A stretch of DNA of 58,335 nt, filler included, from Gonapodya sp. JEL0774 (taxonomy: Eukaryota): assembly GCA_027604505.1 (NCBI GenBank). It is 7 parts of 7 records of this genome, joined end to end, with 100 filler letters (N's around TTAATTAATTAA, not from the genome) between each part and the next. Parts side by side here need not be neighbours in the genome. Positions count along the whole stretch, not along the records: positions 8,430 to 16,728 come from JADIIX010000465.1; positions 16,829 to 25,113 come from JADIIX010000466.1; positions 25,214 to 33,452 come from JADIIX010000467.1; 4 more parts are not named here. The stretch is one strand, 5' to 3'. Position numbers and translations under genes: made by a program. The notes below the pieces were generated by a model, which was not told the DNA's origin, searched no databases, and worked only from the letters and a program-made list of their open reading frames with translations. Position 1 is the stretch's first letter. The number at the start of each line of letters is the position of its first letter. Below are positions 12,360 through 25,966 of this stretch, in pieces.

Positions 12360-15300
12360 ATGCCTCGTCCACAGCAACCGTCACATGCCCCCGCATCGTC
12401 TGCGGCTGGCCTGCAGTCGCTTGGACTGCCGATTGAGAAACCCAGTACATACTCGTCCGTGGACGAGGAAATCCTCGATTTGAAACGGCAGCTCGCGGCA
12501 GCGTTGGCGAAAAAGGAACGTGAAATCGAGGAACGAAAGAAACTCGAGGAGGAGGAGCGAAAGAGGAAGGAGAAGTTGGAGAAGAGGAGATTGAAACGGG
12601 AAGCGGCAAAGAAACGGAAGAAGGAGGAAGAGGCACGTCGATTCGAGGAAGCTGCACGTCTCGCGCGTGAGCAGCAGAGCAAGTCTCCGACAATTGTCAG
12701 GTCTTCTTCGTTACTGGTGAGCAACTCGAGCTAGAGAAGACAACAGCGACACATGCGCGCCTATTTAATTAAGTACGAGAAAGGATGTTACTGCTGATTT
12801 GAGATCATCTCTGCGTTCAAAGAATCGCACGCAAAAACTTCCTCTGTATTTCATAAACTCTTTCCCCGCAGACCACACCACTTTCCGGTACCGCCCTTCT
12901 GTCAGCCAGAAATCTCGCAAAGCTGCTGAAGATAGTGGGGTGAGTACTTGTCTTCCGAATTGAAGCAATCTTGTCTCGTGCACAACTCCTTAATCATTCG
13001 GATACTAGACGTCATTTGCCCAAGGACATGCTGCTGGACCTCATCGCTGCGTCACATGTTCTACCGCAATCTGTGAAGTCTCTCGGTGAAGGAGCGTCTT
13101 TACTTTCTCTGGAACAGCTTCTGGAGATCTATGATGAGCAAGCACAAGCAGCGGATGGGAAGAATCGGATGTCCCCACCTAGACCTGAAGATGCGGGGAA
13201 GGAACTTGATTCAGAGGTCGATATAAATTTGGAAGACATGGATGTCGATGAAGTGAGTCTCTTGTTTTGTCCGCTATTCATATTGGATAAGTTCCGTGTA
13301 CCGAGACCGAACCTTGGATATTGCAAACCTCTCAACCATGCAGTCTTCGCCCTTGAGCCTTCAATCTGGTGCCGTTGTCTTACCTTTGAGTGCCTTTGCC
13401 GATGTTGTTCGACTGTTTGCGTGGGTATTCAGACGACTGTGGTAACATTCCGCCTCAACTTCAACTGATTCCGTCCTACAGCTCCCACAACCCTGCCTTC
13501 GCAACCACTAATTTAATAGACCAGTGTCAAGTCATTCCGTGCTCCGCAGTGTCTCTCGTTCAGGACGCGATCGAAGAAGATTTGGAGGTGCTCTCGGTGG
13601 AAGAGGCCATCGCCATCGTGGAAGCACAAGGAGATTCGATTATGCATCCGAGAAACATCAACAATGGAATGCACCAAGCACGCGAGTCGAATCACGTAAA
13701 GCCTGTGCGCGTTCCTCCTTTCAACACCTCGGCGAGACAGGAGGACGGTGACGAGGAGATGGATGAGGTGGAGGAGACCCCAGCAGACAAACAGTCCCCG
13801 CCTGGAGAAGTTAAGCAGGACGAGAATCAGCCATCAGACGAAGAGGTCGCGTCAATGGCTGAAGCCGATGAGGTCGGAGTTAATGTCCTTTGACGGCGGT
13901 CCACATCGTCCCATAATTGATAATCAAACCGTTTCCGATGCAGGATGTGTCTGTTTTCGCACTTGCCACTCACCTAGCCGCCACCGAACACGAGTTTAAT
14001 AGTCTCGCTGAACCGTGGACTTCCGAAGACGAAGATAGCACGGATGAGACAAGAGCAAGCCAGGTAAATTGTAGTCGCCATTTCATGCAAAAGACGACAG
14101 CGGCTAACGAATGCATGATTCGGATCAAATGAAACCCTTCTATGGCCACACTCGATCATCTGGTTGCGGACGTGGGCCTCATGCAGCAAGTTGCAGCGCC
14201 GCCATCGGGAGCGGATGGGTATTTGTCGCAGAGCGTATCAGCGGAACTCCAAACGCAGTTGCACAACCCTCCATCGCCTTCTCTCAGTGTTGGACGTCGT
14301 GAGGATGGAGTGGGTAGTGAAGTGAAGGATGCTGAGGCAGAACCAGAACGTCAAGATGGTGATGAGCAGTTTACTCTTGAACCGGAGACAGGGAGAGAAA
14401 TGGAGACGGAGAGAAATGAGTTGTCCGAAGACACAAATAGTATGACGGACTCGATTCCTGACTCCGTCGCTTTCTTACACCCCCCTGAGAGCGATTTTGG
14501 TGGAATCTTGGATGCCACACCGACCCCAATTGGGCCAGCTCCTCTGGATTGCGAAATACCGACCGAGGAAGCCCAAGCGCATCCTACACGTATTGTCAAA
14601 GAGATAGCGTCGATGCCGGATGCGGTCTCTGATCTTGTGCGTGGTGTGGGAGTACATGTGGACGGTCTGGGTTTGGCGCCGGCCCCGCACACGGCCGAGG
14701 ATGCAGGTGCTACGTTCTCGCAAACCGAAGTTCACCGTGACTTATTCGCTGGGTACAATGGAGCTGTGTCGTCCGAAATTCCAGAGGGTTCTGGACGGCC
14801 ACATTCGCAGCAGCTGGATCTTACACGATCAGATACCATTGAGCTTGTCCAGTCCAATGTTTCGGAAGCTGTTGCGGAGCATTCAAATCGTGGACCATCC
14901 ACACAGCTGCTTGTGGCCGGGCAATCTGCTTCCTCGAGCGTTTCTGCTTTGGCCCAACCTGCACGTGCAAACTCACATTCCCAACGCCACACCTCACCTG
15001 TGTCGCGGCAAACGCCTCGCGGCTCGCAGCGCACCCGCAGCCGAACTCCAGCTGGGGCACCCAACCCGTCGCCAGCTCCACCGGATCCACCTGCCCTCGC
15101 GCCAATATCAACTCCTCGCTCCGAACCAGCCCTTCCGAAAATGTTTTCGTCTACTCCCATCGATAGGACGATCATTCGAGACCCACCGACTCCACCTCCT
15201 TCAGCCGCTGGTCTCAATTTGCCTCATTTTACTTCACCGTTATCGAGACACTCTTCGAGTCCCCCATCTTCTCCTGCAGTCTCCCGCCCAGCACCCGAGC

Positions 15301-15653
15301 TGTCGCCAGATCGGAATTTGAAGGAGACGTCTCCAGAGTGGGGATCAACTGCGCAAATGACGACGGGCTCCATTGTGTCCAATGCGATTCAGAAAAGCCC
15401 AGGGAAGAGAGCCTCTGCAAAGCCAGTCAAGGGAAGCATTTTGCAATCTCAAACCATTCCTTCTTCCTCGGGATATAGCCTCCGTAGTCGGACCCCGGCA
15501 CGCGCTCCTGCGTCTCGCCAACTAATTGCTAAAACCCCAAGTCTTGAAGATTCTGATTCAGAGGAGTCGCTCTTTGGTGGGGGCTCAGCCGGAAGAACTG
15601 AGAGGTTAGCCAGCTTGAAGCAAGCATTCGGTGTGGCCAGTGGAAAGAAGTAG
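12360..15653 (+). CDS. Large hypothetical, mostly disordered protein with N-terminal charged coiled coil
   Basis: K/E/R-rich coiled-coil exon (12360 onward), several internal GT..AG exons and a terminal S/P/E-rich ORF of about 500 codons ending at TAG 15653. No family recognised. Confidence 0.6.
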
Positions 15654-15885
15654 AGCACCCTCAAGATTTAATTTGGATTCCGTTGGGCAAACAAGCTCAG
15701 CTGCAGTTTTGATAATGAGTTGTTATGGACTGCATATTGATAGGCTCGAATAACAAATTCATAGTAAATGCGACATATTGGATAAGAACATGGAGCTGAC
15801 ACCGCGGCGGAAATGTATAATCGTACCAAGTGCAACATAATACTTTGCGGGGGTCCCACGTCACAATCGCGTACTCAGGGAGCAG

Positions 15886-16728
15886 TCACTGCTCGAATCC
15901 AGTGTGCCTCAGTGCACTTCGCCCAGATCCTTCAATTTCACCACCTAGTACTGGGACAGAGCCCATTCCAGGGGGTAAGCCTGTCACTGGTTGATGCGAG
16001 TGCGCAATGGCAGGTTTTCCCGGGGCGCACACATCCACTAATCGCACAAAGTCTAATGCGAGGAGCTCCGCAATCGTTGGTCGTTTTTGCGGGTCCGGCT
16101 GGAGCATGCTGCGGAGAAGACACCGCGGCCCAGGAGCAAGTGAGTCTATCGGAGGGAAGCTTTTGCTTTTCTTGCAATATGAAAGGTAGGTTCTGTAGTG
16201 GGTGTCAGTCTCCTGAGCTTCTCGCCAGGGTACCGAGTTATGGAAGAGTGTGTAGTAGATGACGCCTGCGTTCCCAAACAGTAGTTCCGCATGAATGGTC
16301 GAGTTGGATCTGTTACCCAGAACAAGGTGAACTGAACCGACGAGAACAATTCGACATACCACATGCCCACACATCTGCTTTTACAGGATCATAAAGTTGT
16401 GGCAGCCCTTCGCCATCGATAATCCATTCCTCTGGGGCAATGTACGGTCCGGATCCGCAAGCGCCCCGTGCCATTTGGAGTTCAGTGCTCCACGGAGTGC
16501 GGAAGACAAAAGAAGATCCGAAATCCGTGATTTTGAGGGTGTCACATTTGGCGGTAAGTATCAGATTTTCGGGTTTGAGATCACTTGGGGGGTGGAGCGA
16601 ATGGCAACGGTAAGATTATGTTCACTAATGCCTACGAGGACCTGCTCGTCCAACCTCCAATACCTCCAAACACAACGACTCACCGATGTGCTACACCCAT
16701 GCTATGCAAATAGTCCAATCCTTTTAGC
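15886..16728 (-). CDS. Ser/Thr protein kinase, HAL/Hrk1/Npr1-like; 5'-truncated
   Basis: LKGLDYLHSMGVAHR|DLKPENLIL..LKITDFGSSFVFRTPW..GACGSGPYIAPEE..ADVWAC|GVIY..PWREA..MLQPDPQKRPTI. Confidence 0.88.
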
Positions 16729-16828
16729 NNNNNNNNNNNNNNNNNNNNNNNNNNNNNNNNNNNNNNNNNNNNTTAATTAATTAANNNNNNNNNNNNNNNN
16801 NNNNNNNNNNNNNNNNNNNNNNNNNNNN
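16729..16828. other. Artificial contig linker
   Basis: 44 N + TTAATTAATTAA + 44 N. Confidence 0.98.
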
Positions 16829-19124
16829 TCCTCTCATCTTCGGATGCAGGTTCCCTCCACCACGAAATACATTTTGAACTCCTGACTGCGGATTTGCCCG
16901 CTGCTGGATCACTGATGATTCACCCGATGGATCAAGCACATGAGATTTGCACGGTGGTCCTGGTCCTTGCGAAAAAGCCCACGCCGCCCGGTTGTTGTTC
17001 ATGAATTCGGTGATCGTAGGTGAGCCGGAGGGAATAGAGAGGAAGTCGCCGGTGAATAAGGAGGGTGGCCGAGAGCATTCTGTGAGATCACCTTCGAGAG
17101 TTATCAGTATACATGCAAGGAATGTAATGCAGACAGGTATTGTTCGCTAGAACTGACGTTACACACCTTGTCTGAACTCTGCATTGTCCGCTGCGACAAC
17201 GTCGTCACACAGTTTTCTCGACAGCGGATCTGCCGACAAACCCACACAATCCTCACCTGTGACAAGGTTCATTGTATCCTGCTGACTGGGAGTTGGCGCG
17301 CGGTTCGAAGGCAGGGCCGAAACTTGTTGATCGCTCGCGGGCATTCGGTCACCCGGCGGCACAAGCGACTGAGGGAGATTGTGGCCGGTGGCGAGTGATG
17401 GTCCGATAGTTGAATAGCTGTGAGGTGCACATGGCTGTTTGCTGGTCGCCGCAGTTTGCTCTTTGTACCGTGGTAGAGGTGGGGCAAAGGGACGGGTGAA
17501 GGAGTGAGTGGACCACCAAGTGATCGCTTGTGCCATATAGCGACCCACTGATGTTCACAAAACATGACTCACCGTGCCCCGTACGTGCCGGCTCCATAAC
17601 CCGTCCGGTGTTGCCGACTGGTGGGTTCACTGGACGTATCGCGTGGTTTGCCGCGGGAGTGGAGGTACGTTGCGAGCCTCGGAAAGAGGTACCGTGCGGA
17701 ACAGTGAATGGCAGCACGGGGAAGAATGCGTTGGTGTGCGGAGGTATCCACGACACGGGCGGCGGTTCGCGGTCAGAGAAAGGAGGTGGGAGAAACGAGG
17801 AGGCCAGTCCCGCCATGGTGTCTGTACCATATGGTGCGCGGGGAAACCCTGGTGTGTGATTGGAAATTTGTGAGGGGCCTGAAGACATGGGAAAGGCTTT
17901 GAGACATGGTTACGTTCAGAGCGGTTCATGAAGGGTGGGGTAAGGCGGCGTGTGGATCGGCAAATTGAACCAAACAACACACATCAAACAAACAGACGGT
18001 AGATCAACTCACCGTGCCACGTCCACGCCAAGTCACCGTCCCGTCCACTTCCATCACCAGGCGGTGGGACGCGTAGAGCCGTGTCGCACGGAACCGCGGT
18101 AGAGCAATCTCGTGGGTCTCGGAAGAATGCCTCTGGCGGAGCTGTGCGTGGCAAGACATGAGCGAGAGGTTGGCCTTGGGGATGTATCCAGGTTGCTGGA
18201 GGTGGTGGCGGGTTCGAGTCCGTAGACGGTACTGCAAGAAAAGTCACCGGGGATGCTATCGAGCCGGTACCATAGGCTTGGTCTCCGAAGGTCAAATTTG
18301 GTACGGATTTCAGAGCCTCCGAGTTATAATGAGCTGGGGGAGATCGTGTAGCATAGGAGGTGCTGGTCTGCATTGGATGATCGTCGAGAGAAGTGTTTCG
18401 ATTGGGCCCGGGATCTACTGTCGGGTTATGCTTGTCCAGTTCAAGAACAGAAGAAGGAGAAATCCAGTTTGTTGTCGGCGACGTGTCCATGTTCTCCAGG
18501 GATGCCGTGGTATCCGGCTCCACGCCTTCATTCTCTCGCACACCTTCGCCTGTTCCACTTTCTCCTTCATGGCTGCCGATCGGATACGTTCGTCTGATGT
18601 GTGGTCGGACGGGTACGGTAATGTGGTGGAGAGATCGCAGGTGGCGGATGAAGTTGTCTTGGAGGGGGCCAGATGATCGGTTGGGAAGTGAATTAACAAT
18701 TAACGGACGGAATGGGGAAGGAGTGAGAAACTTCAAAGACGTATGTGTGAGCGGACACTGATGGAGGGGAATTAGGCGAGTCTCGGTGTTTCTATTTGCG
18801 TGTGTCTTCAACGGTGTTGAACCCGTGACTCATGGTGTCCAATACCAGCGCTTCTCCCTTCTGGAATCACCCCTCTGCCAAACCCACCTCTCCTCCCAAA
18901 CCCAGTCCCACAAGCATCGCACACGTACGGTCGAGCACCTTGATGGACGCGAAGATGCCTGAGGGGTTCAATTGAGTAGCGGTGTCAGGAGGGTTTCACG
19001 ATCCTCTTCAGCAAGGGAGCGAGGAGCGAGCGAACCGTATGAGGTGTCCGTTCCTGGTGAGTATTTTCCCACAGACGTGGCATTGGAATATGTGGTGGGG
19101 TGTTGGTGTAACGTCGTCGCTCAT
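16829..19124 (-). CDS. C2H2 zinc-finger transcription factor (two N-terminal fingers); probably 3'-truncated
   Basis: MSDDV..FQCHVCGKILTRNGHLIR|HLRVHQGARPYVCDACGTGFGRR|DNFIRHLRSLH, followed by P/S/T-rich exons running toward the contig edge. Confidence 0.82.
17573..18290 (-). repeat. Diverged tandem duplication of about 280 bp of coding sequence plus splice donor
   Basis: Copies at about 18290-18013 and 17850-17573 are colinear (YGT..PPP..WIxP..VLPxTxP..FR..ST..PP..GR..H) and both end at CACG|GTGAG. Confidence 0.75.
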
Positions 19125-19693
19125 AATGGTGGAAGGAAAGCATCGACGTGTGCCAAGGTCGGGGGACCGGGGAATTGTGGAGCATGACTCACGAAGAGGT
19201 TGAGCAACAAAGTCCTTCGCAAGCACAAAGCAATGAAAAGCATCGTCGGTTCAGTATACAGAGACCACTTTTCGAATGAACCATGGCGGGGCAGCCGCCA
19301 ATATTTGCTTTCTTTAGATTGACGTCATCGAGTTTCATGAAAGCTCGCCGGGACCACAACCGCCTCCAGTCCCGTTCACAAAAATTGGCGTTACTCGACA
19401 TAGACGTTGCTAATCTCTCGATTGTAATATGAATATGTACGTGGAGTGAAGATTCAAAGAGAGCCGAAAATCTCAACTGCAAAAACAGAACGTACACGAA
19501 AAGTCTCATTGACTCGGATTTGTTTTCTTCCTTCGATTCATCTGTTGTTTTGACTCTTTCCGTTTTTGCCACGTTGTTATTGGGTGCTGAGTCCGCCCGC
19601 CACCTCCGCCATGGCGATCTTTTTGCGGTCACACTGAACCCAAAGTACTCAAGGGGAAGCCACCGTCAAAAAACCCAACCAACCCAACCAACA

Positions 19694-20470
19694 ATGCCGA
19701 GCAGCAGAGACGCAGTTCCAACCTTGTACTTCCCTCTGTCTCCACACCCTCTTCTCCTTCCCGCCCCGCACTCGCTGTCCGCGCCCGCAAGTTACCCCGC
19801 CCCGCACGTCCCAGATATGGAAGTCGAAGGTCAGACCTTCGTGGACTCCCACGCCGAATCTCCAGCTCTGGAAACTCGTTTTCCTGCCAGTTCCGACGAC
19901 TGTGAGGGTCGGAAGCGAGCCCCGGTGGTCGCTGGGAACAGTTCGGCAGAACCTTTACAGCTAGACGAATACTCGGTTGATTGGAGCTCAGACGAGGACG
20001 AACTCGCGACGCTTCCTCCTCCGCCACCTGTACCCTTGATATCTGTCAGCACTGCGACGAGTGAAGAAGCGCAGAACTCCGACTCTGAGGACGAACTGGC
20101 CTCTCCACCTTCTCCTGCCCCACCCGCCGCTCCTTCACGACGCTCTCCATCGCCAGAGTCTCCCACTTCGCCACCGAGTTCTTCTGCTCGGTGTTCTTGG
20201 AGGAATTTCCCTCCCAGCTCAGAAACACAGAGGGTGAGGATGGTGAGTATGTCACTTCGTGGCCGTTCTATTTGCTCGAAATGGGAAGAATTAGACTTCG
20301 AGAGCCCTCAACGCGCTCATATTTGGTCTTAACACTATGGCTGAGTGGTTTCCAGCACGTGCTTGTGTCGTACTGTTCGATATATTGCTGCAACATTGTG
20401 GGCTGGCTGCCCACCCAGTCGGACATTCCACAGCTGTCGCCGCCCTACTCAACCAAGCACTTAGGGTTAG
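19694..20470 (+). CDS. Hypothetical Pro/Ser-rich protein
   Basis: ORF MPSSRDAV.. carries two SxEDELA(T/S)xP motifs and a likely donor near 20243. Downstream exons are unresolved. Confidence 0.4.
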
Positions 20471-21780
20471 CGACCTGAAGACACAACTCGAATAACAATG
20501 TCGCTAGTTGTATGCGACCGTAACAGCCACTCACAACTCCCTCCCTCCCTCCGTCCTCCCTCCCACCCCCCATTCCCACCTTAGCTCCTCTTCCGCCTCC
20601 GCGGCTCCCGCCCCCGCCACACTCCAGCCCGCCAGCCCCGCCGCACGGCGTGCATCGACTACACCTCTGCCCAAACCTCCTCGCCCACCAGCCGCGGTGA
20701 AGTGAGGTTCTCGCCGTGGAAGGTGGACGCGTACGTGCCCAGGGAACGGAGCGGGTTGAGGAGGGTGGTGACCATGTGAAGGGTCGTGGACGTGGGAGCG
20801 GCGGAGGAGATCGCAGAGCGCGTGTTTCTGCGGACTCGGATGGATTGGCGGTGCTACGATGGATGGCCTCGTGAGGGGTTCGCAACTTCTACTGGAATCA
20901 GACAAGGGCGGAGTGACGAACTCTTCTCCGACCATTAATATCACCCTGTCTGGACGAGACCGTCCCTCCATCATTTGGACTATACCCAACCCCCCGCCCC
21001 ACCCCAGAATCGAAACAAAAATGTTGGAAAAGACAATTTTGACGTGGTGCTGTAGGTCGAGTAGTCGCACGGACTTTTATCAGGGGCATCGGTCGCCTTG
21101 TGGACTGCACCTATCGGTCCACGGGGAAATGGAGATGCACGGTGAGGATTGCACCAATTGAGAACTTGTGCGAATTCGTCCGAGACTCGCGGGTCGGGTC
21201 GCTTTTTGTAATGTGGGATCGGGTGGACATGATCATGTTTCGTAATCGCTGTCGTACGAGACATCACTGTAGATTGTATATCCTTGTTTGTGAGTTTCTT
21301 CGACTATTATAATCCGCTAGTCTGGTTGCACGTGCGTGCCCCTGTCGGTTGGAGCTGATCCGTCCGTTCCGCGTTGATGGTGAAGTCATGGTGACGTTTT
21401 CATTGAACGGACTACAGCAGCTCAACCGACCGTTTGCCACCAGCTGTCTTTTGTGATGCCAAACATTCTGAAAGGGTGGCATGAGTGATGTGATTTCATC
21501 TTTTCTGTTTTGATTGTTTGCTAGAAAATGGAACTTTCTTGACACGGCAGCAACATTCAGTTCACTCCCGGTGCAGCAAATACTATCCGAATTGTTCGTT
21601 CAAGTGTTTTGTGCTCTTTCCCATTCGGGCCGTCAACTTAGTGTGCGGTGCGTTGTGAAGTGCGGTGTAGCTCCCGCGCGAATCTCGGCCCGCACAAGCA
21701 CCAGGAGAACGCTTTCTCCCGTATTTTCAATTGCTCCCTCGTTGCCGACCTTTGCTCGAATAAAAGCGCTGAACTTTACG

Positions 21781-24333
21781 ATGCACGCCCTTGCGAGAAG
21801 TCTCGGTCGATCATCTGGACTTGCCAAAAGTGAGGTCCTCTTGTGATCGCTCGAAGCATATCGCTCATTCTGACCCGGTTCCCTCCGCTCCCGCCTTGTA
21901 CCTTGAACATGCAGCTGTCTCCATGTCTCCTGTAGCAATGAACGTCGCGACGTCGGTGGCGGGGAAGCAGGCTGCGGCTGCGGCGGTGGAAGGTGAGTCA
22001 GAGCCGGAATCTGATGATGAGGGGGCCTCGTTTGAACAGAATAAGTGGAGCAGAGATTGGACGGCGTGGGTGCGTGATATATCAACGTGCCATCTGGAAG
22101 CCTTGTCTGGGCTCGTTTCTCATTGGAAACATCCCACTGATGTCGCCTCCACCTCACCTTTCCTCACAACCGCACCTTCAGCCTCCGCCCACCCCACTTT
22201 CGACCCCAGCCGAGCGACTGAGATGGAACTCGCCGCCTACGGCATCGCTCATACCACCAAAGGTATCGGCCGGTCGTCAAGCCTGGTGATCGAATCCGGC
22301 TCGGGTGTGTGGCTACACACCGTGTCGGGGAAGAAGGTGCTGGACGTGACGGCGGGTATAGGTGTGACCAGTACGGGACATTCGCATCCGGAGGTGGTCA
22401 AGGCGGTGCAGGAGCAGGTGGGGAAGATTGCACACGCCCAGGTATGGCCGAAGCCGCAGGCAGCTTTGATCTGGGGAGACTGCATCAACCTGATATCACT
22501 CGGTTCAATCATCCGCTTGTCGTCTTTGGGATCTCACAGGTTAACATTGTCCTTCATAAACCCATGATCGAGCTCATTGCACGAATGAAAGACATCATGC
22601 CGCACCCCAGCCTCGACACGTTTTTCTTCTGGAACGTGAGTGACGCCAACACATTCACAGCAAAAGGAGATACAGGAGATTGATTGAAACGTCGAACCTC
22701 TCACAATCAGTCCGGCGCCGAAGCTGTGGAAGCGGCGGTCAAACTGGCTCGTCAGGCCACGAAGAAGTCGAACATCATCGTTTTCAACGGAGGGTAAGTC
22801 TATACCGTTAATAATGGTGGTATATTTTCGCTAATATTGATCTTTTACACCGGAACACCAGATATCACGGCCGAACTATGGGAACCAGTACGTTTCACCC
22901 TCCGTCTTTAGTCGGGGACGTTCTTTACTCGTGTTGACGAACACTATATTTTGTCCCCGTTGCTCTCATCAGTGGCGATGACCACCTCCAAAACCGTCTA
23001 CCGAACTGGATTCGGTCCTCTAATGCCCCAAGTTTTCGTCGCCCCCGGTGAGCAGTATCCTTCACCGCCATCCGGAACCCTGGACACTCACTGACGCGCT
23101 TTCCACACTTTTGATTCGGCTTTCGGTCCTTTCAATCTAGTTCCTTACGCACACCACTGCTCCGCAAACATCTGCAACCAGCCCGGCGCTGACGAATCTC
23201 ACTGTGTTCAAGAGGCACTTCAACAGATGGAAATGCTATTGAAAATGCAGAGCGCCCCAGAGGTACGATCCGAGACACGTTTTGTCTATTGCCACGGAAC
23301 CAATCCCCAAAAGTAATGAAACTCACCATCTCCATCTCGCACCTTGTTGTTTCCTCCCCTCTTTCGTGTCTTTGCCATTGTGTGCTGCAGGACACCGCCG
23401 CGATGGTCATCGAACCCGTTCTGGGCGAGGGTGGGTACGTCCCCATGCCCGCCGCGTTCCTCCAAGGTCTTCGGAAGATCGCCGACAAGCACGGTATCCT
23501 TTTGATCGCCGACGAGGTAAATTCACCACTACCACGTTTGTGTTCCCGATCCAACGTCTCCTCATCGTCTTCCTCCCCGACCGCACATCCAGGTCCAAAC
23601 CGGTATGGGCCGCACAGGCACATACTGGGCCGTCGAGGAGTCCGGCCTTCGCCCCGATATTCTCATTTTCGCAAAGGGTATCGCCTCGGGGTATCCATTG
23701 AGTGGAATCGTCAGTCGGAGGGATATCATGGACAAGCAACCTCCTGGCAGTATGGTGAGTGCGCCCTGTTCTTCGAACATACGTTTTCGGATACTAAAAG
23801 TTCAATTATTCGTCTTTATATTGATAGGGTGGCACGTACAGCGGAAATGCCGTGGCGTGCGCCGCTGCTATCTCCACTCTCGACGTTTTCAAACACGAGA
23901 ACCTCATGGCCAACGTCGCTGCTCGGTCCAAACAATTTTACGGATCACTTCGATCTAATTTGCCTGGCATGCTTGCCCCGCATGAGATAACCGTTGATGT
24001 GCGAGGCCGGGGGTTGATGATCGGTGTCGAATTTTCTGGACCGGGCGCCAAGAAATGGACAAAGGGTTTGGGCGGAGAAATTGCAAAGATTGCACTCGAA
24101 AAGTGAGTCTTTCCTCTACCGTGACCTCTAACGGTTGTCATAGGTAATTAGGTGCTCGACAAAATACTGAAAACTTTTGTTCACGCGCTAGATACGACAC
24201 CCTGATCCTCACCACGAGCGTATACGACACACTACGTCTGATTCCTCCTCTCAATATCACGGAAGCCGAGACGACCGAAGTATTGCGCAGGTTCTATGCT
24301 TCGTTGGAGGACGCTCTGGCTGGGAAGGCATAG
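21781..24333 (+). CDS. Class-III PLP aminotransferase (GabT / 4-aminobutyrate- or acetylornithine-aminotransferase-like), probably mitochondrial
   Basis: About 12 exons: LDVTAGIGVTSTGHSHP, N|SGAEAVEAAVKLAR, YHGRT, IEPVLGEGGY, LIADE|VQTGMGRTG, PDILIFAKGIASGYPLS, GGTYSGN, VRGRGLMIGVEF, LRLIPPL. The N-terminus MHALARSLGRSSGLAK resembles a presequence. Confidence 0.93.
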
Positions 24334-24462
24334 TAGTAAGAGTTAGTTGAAACATTGTAGGATATTTTAGTGTTGCAAACGGCCCAAGTGGTCGTTACAT
24401 CTAATTTTGTGGAAATGGGAGCAATAGCATGACATGAGCAATGTATTCTGTCACTGTAAGTT

Positions 24463-25113
24463 TCACTTCGGAAACTTTGCATTCGATTCCACGATGGAAC
24501 GAGCGTATGATGGCTCACATGCCTTTCTCGCCCAAAGCTCGCGATCCGCTGGAGATCCTGTGAGTTTTGGAATGTCCTCGAGGGCTGTAAGGGTCTCCTC
24601 AGTTGTCCTTCCTTCGGTGCTTCTCGCATCGTTTTTCGATTCCACAACCAGTCCACAATGACTATCCGACGGCGTACCCAGAAATCGACGAAAGAATCTA
24701 CCAAGGAAATAATTGAAGAGGCGCTCGATGATGTGGAAGAGGTCGCAGAACGTGCTGCTCGTGGGTGGCAGCCCGATGATGCTCACATCGAAATCGTCTT
24801 TGAAACAAGCGATTTTCCACCGAGCAGGGAAAATGTCCCGATGGGTTGATGATTGGTCTGAGTTTCTCGCCACCACTGGTGTCGCATCGTTTGGTATTGG
24901 GGTTGTTCTTGGGGGAGGTATGTTCTGATCTCTGAGATAACACCCACTAATGGTAGCAACTCTGTAACATCCGCTTCGTTCGCTTCGTGTAGCGTATTCG
25001 GGTCTCATGAACTCCCTTGTCAATGACATCCTGGTGCCCCCCTTCGAGGCAATATTTGGTATGTTTTTGGCTCGATTTCCTCCCAGACTTAGAACTGTAT
25101 TCACTGCTGCTTA
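24463..25113 (-). CDS. Hypothetical protein fragment; 5'-truncated
   Basis: A 213-codon open minus-strand frame near the contig edge, convergent on the aminotransferase. No motif recognised. Confidence 0.3.
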
Positions 25114-25213
25114 NNNNNNNNNNNNNNNNNNNNNNNNNNNNNNNNNNNNNNNNNNNNTTAATTAATTAANNNNNNNNNNNNNNNNNNNNNNNNNNNNNNN
25201 NNNNNNNNNNNNN
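25114..25213. other. Artificial contig linker
   Basis: 44 N + TTAATTAATTAA + 44 N. Confidence 0.98.
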
Positions 25214-25966
25214 GCGATTGGGCGGGGCGTGCAGAAGGACGAGACGGAGGCTGTGAAGTGGTACAGGAGGGCTGCTGACCAGGAACATGCACTGGCACAG
25301 TCATATCTTGGTTTCATGTACGAGACCGGTTTGACCGTGCAGAAGGACGAGGCAGAGGCTGTGAACTGGCACAGGAGGGCCGCCGACCAGGGTCACGCCA
25401 GCGCACAAAACGGTCTCTGGTGGATGTACATCCAAGGACACGGTGCATCACGTGATGTAGATGAAGCCAAATAACTCTTCACGGCCGCCGTGGAGCAAGG
25501 AGATGCTTGGGCACAGTTCAATCTCGCATACCTGTTCCACTTGCATGATCTCGGTGGGTGTGAGCGTGATGTGGGAATGGCGGAGGAGCTCTTTACAAGA
25601 TCAGGTGATGGCGAGCATAATTGGGCACTTGGGATCCTCCATGAGCGTGGGTGGGGCGGAAGGACAAAAGATGAGCACAAAGCAGTGGAGTACTCTTTAA
25701 AAGATCTCAGGTGCATGGCAAAGACTTTACTTGCCGGCATGTACGAGGACGGTCGAGGAGGATTAGAACAGGACTTCGCGGCAGCTTGGTGCTTGTACAC
25801 AGAGGCACTCGACGAGGGGGACGTGGTCGCTGCAGTGGGTCTCGGTTGGATGTACGAAAAGGGACTTGGAGGATTAGCGAAGGACGCGAACAAGGCGGTC
25901 GAGATGCACGAGTTGGTGGGGACAGGGGAGGCGCGAGGTGCGTTGGAGCGGTTGCGGGGGTCATGA
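25214..25966 (+). pseudogene. SEL1-like repeat protein C-terminus with in-frame stop
   Basis: Repeats VQKDETEAVKWYRRAADQEHALAQSYLGFMYETG, VQKDEAEAVNWHRRAADQGHASAQ and LGWMYEKGLGGLAKD. TAA at 25472-25474 (DEAK*LFTAAVEQG) interrupts a single frame, and later repeats are eroded. Confidence 0.75.
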
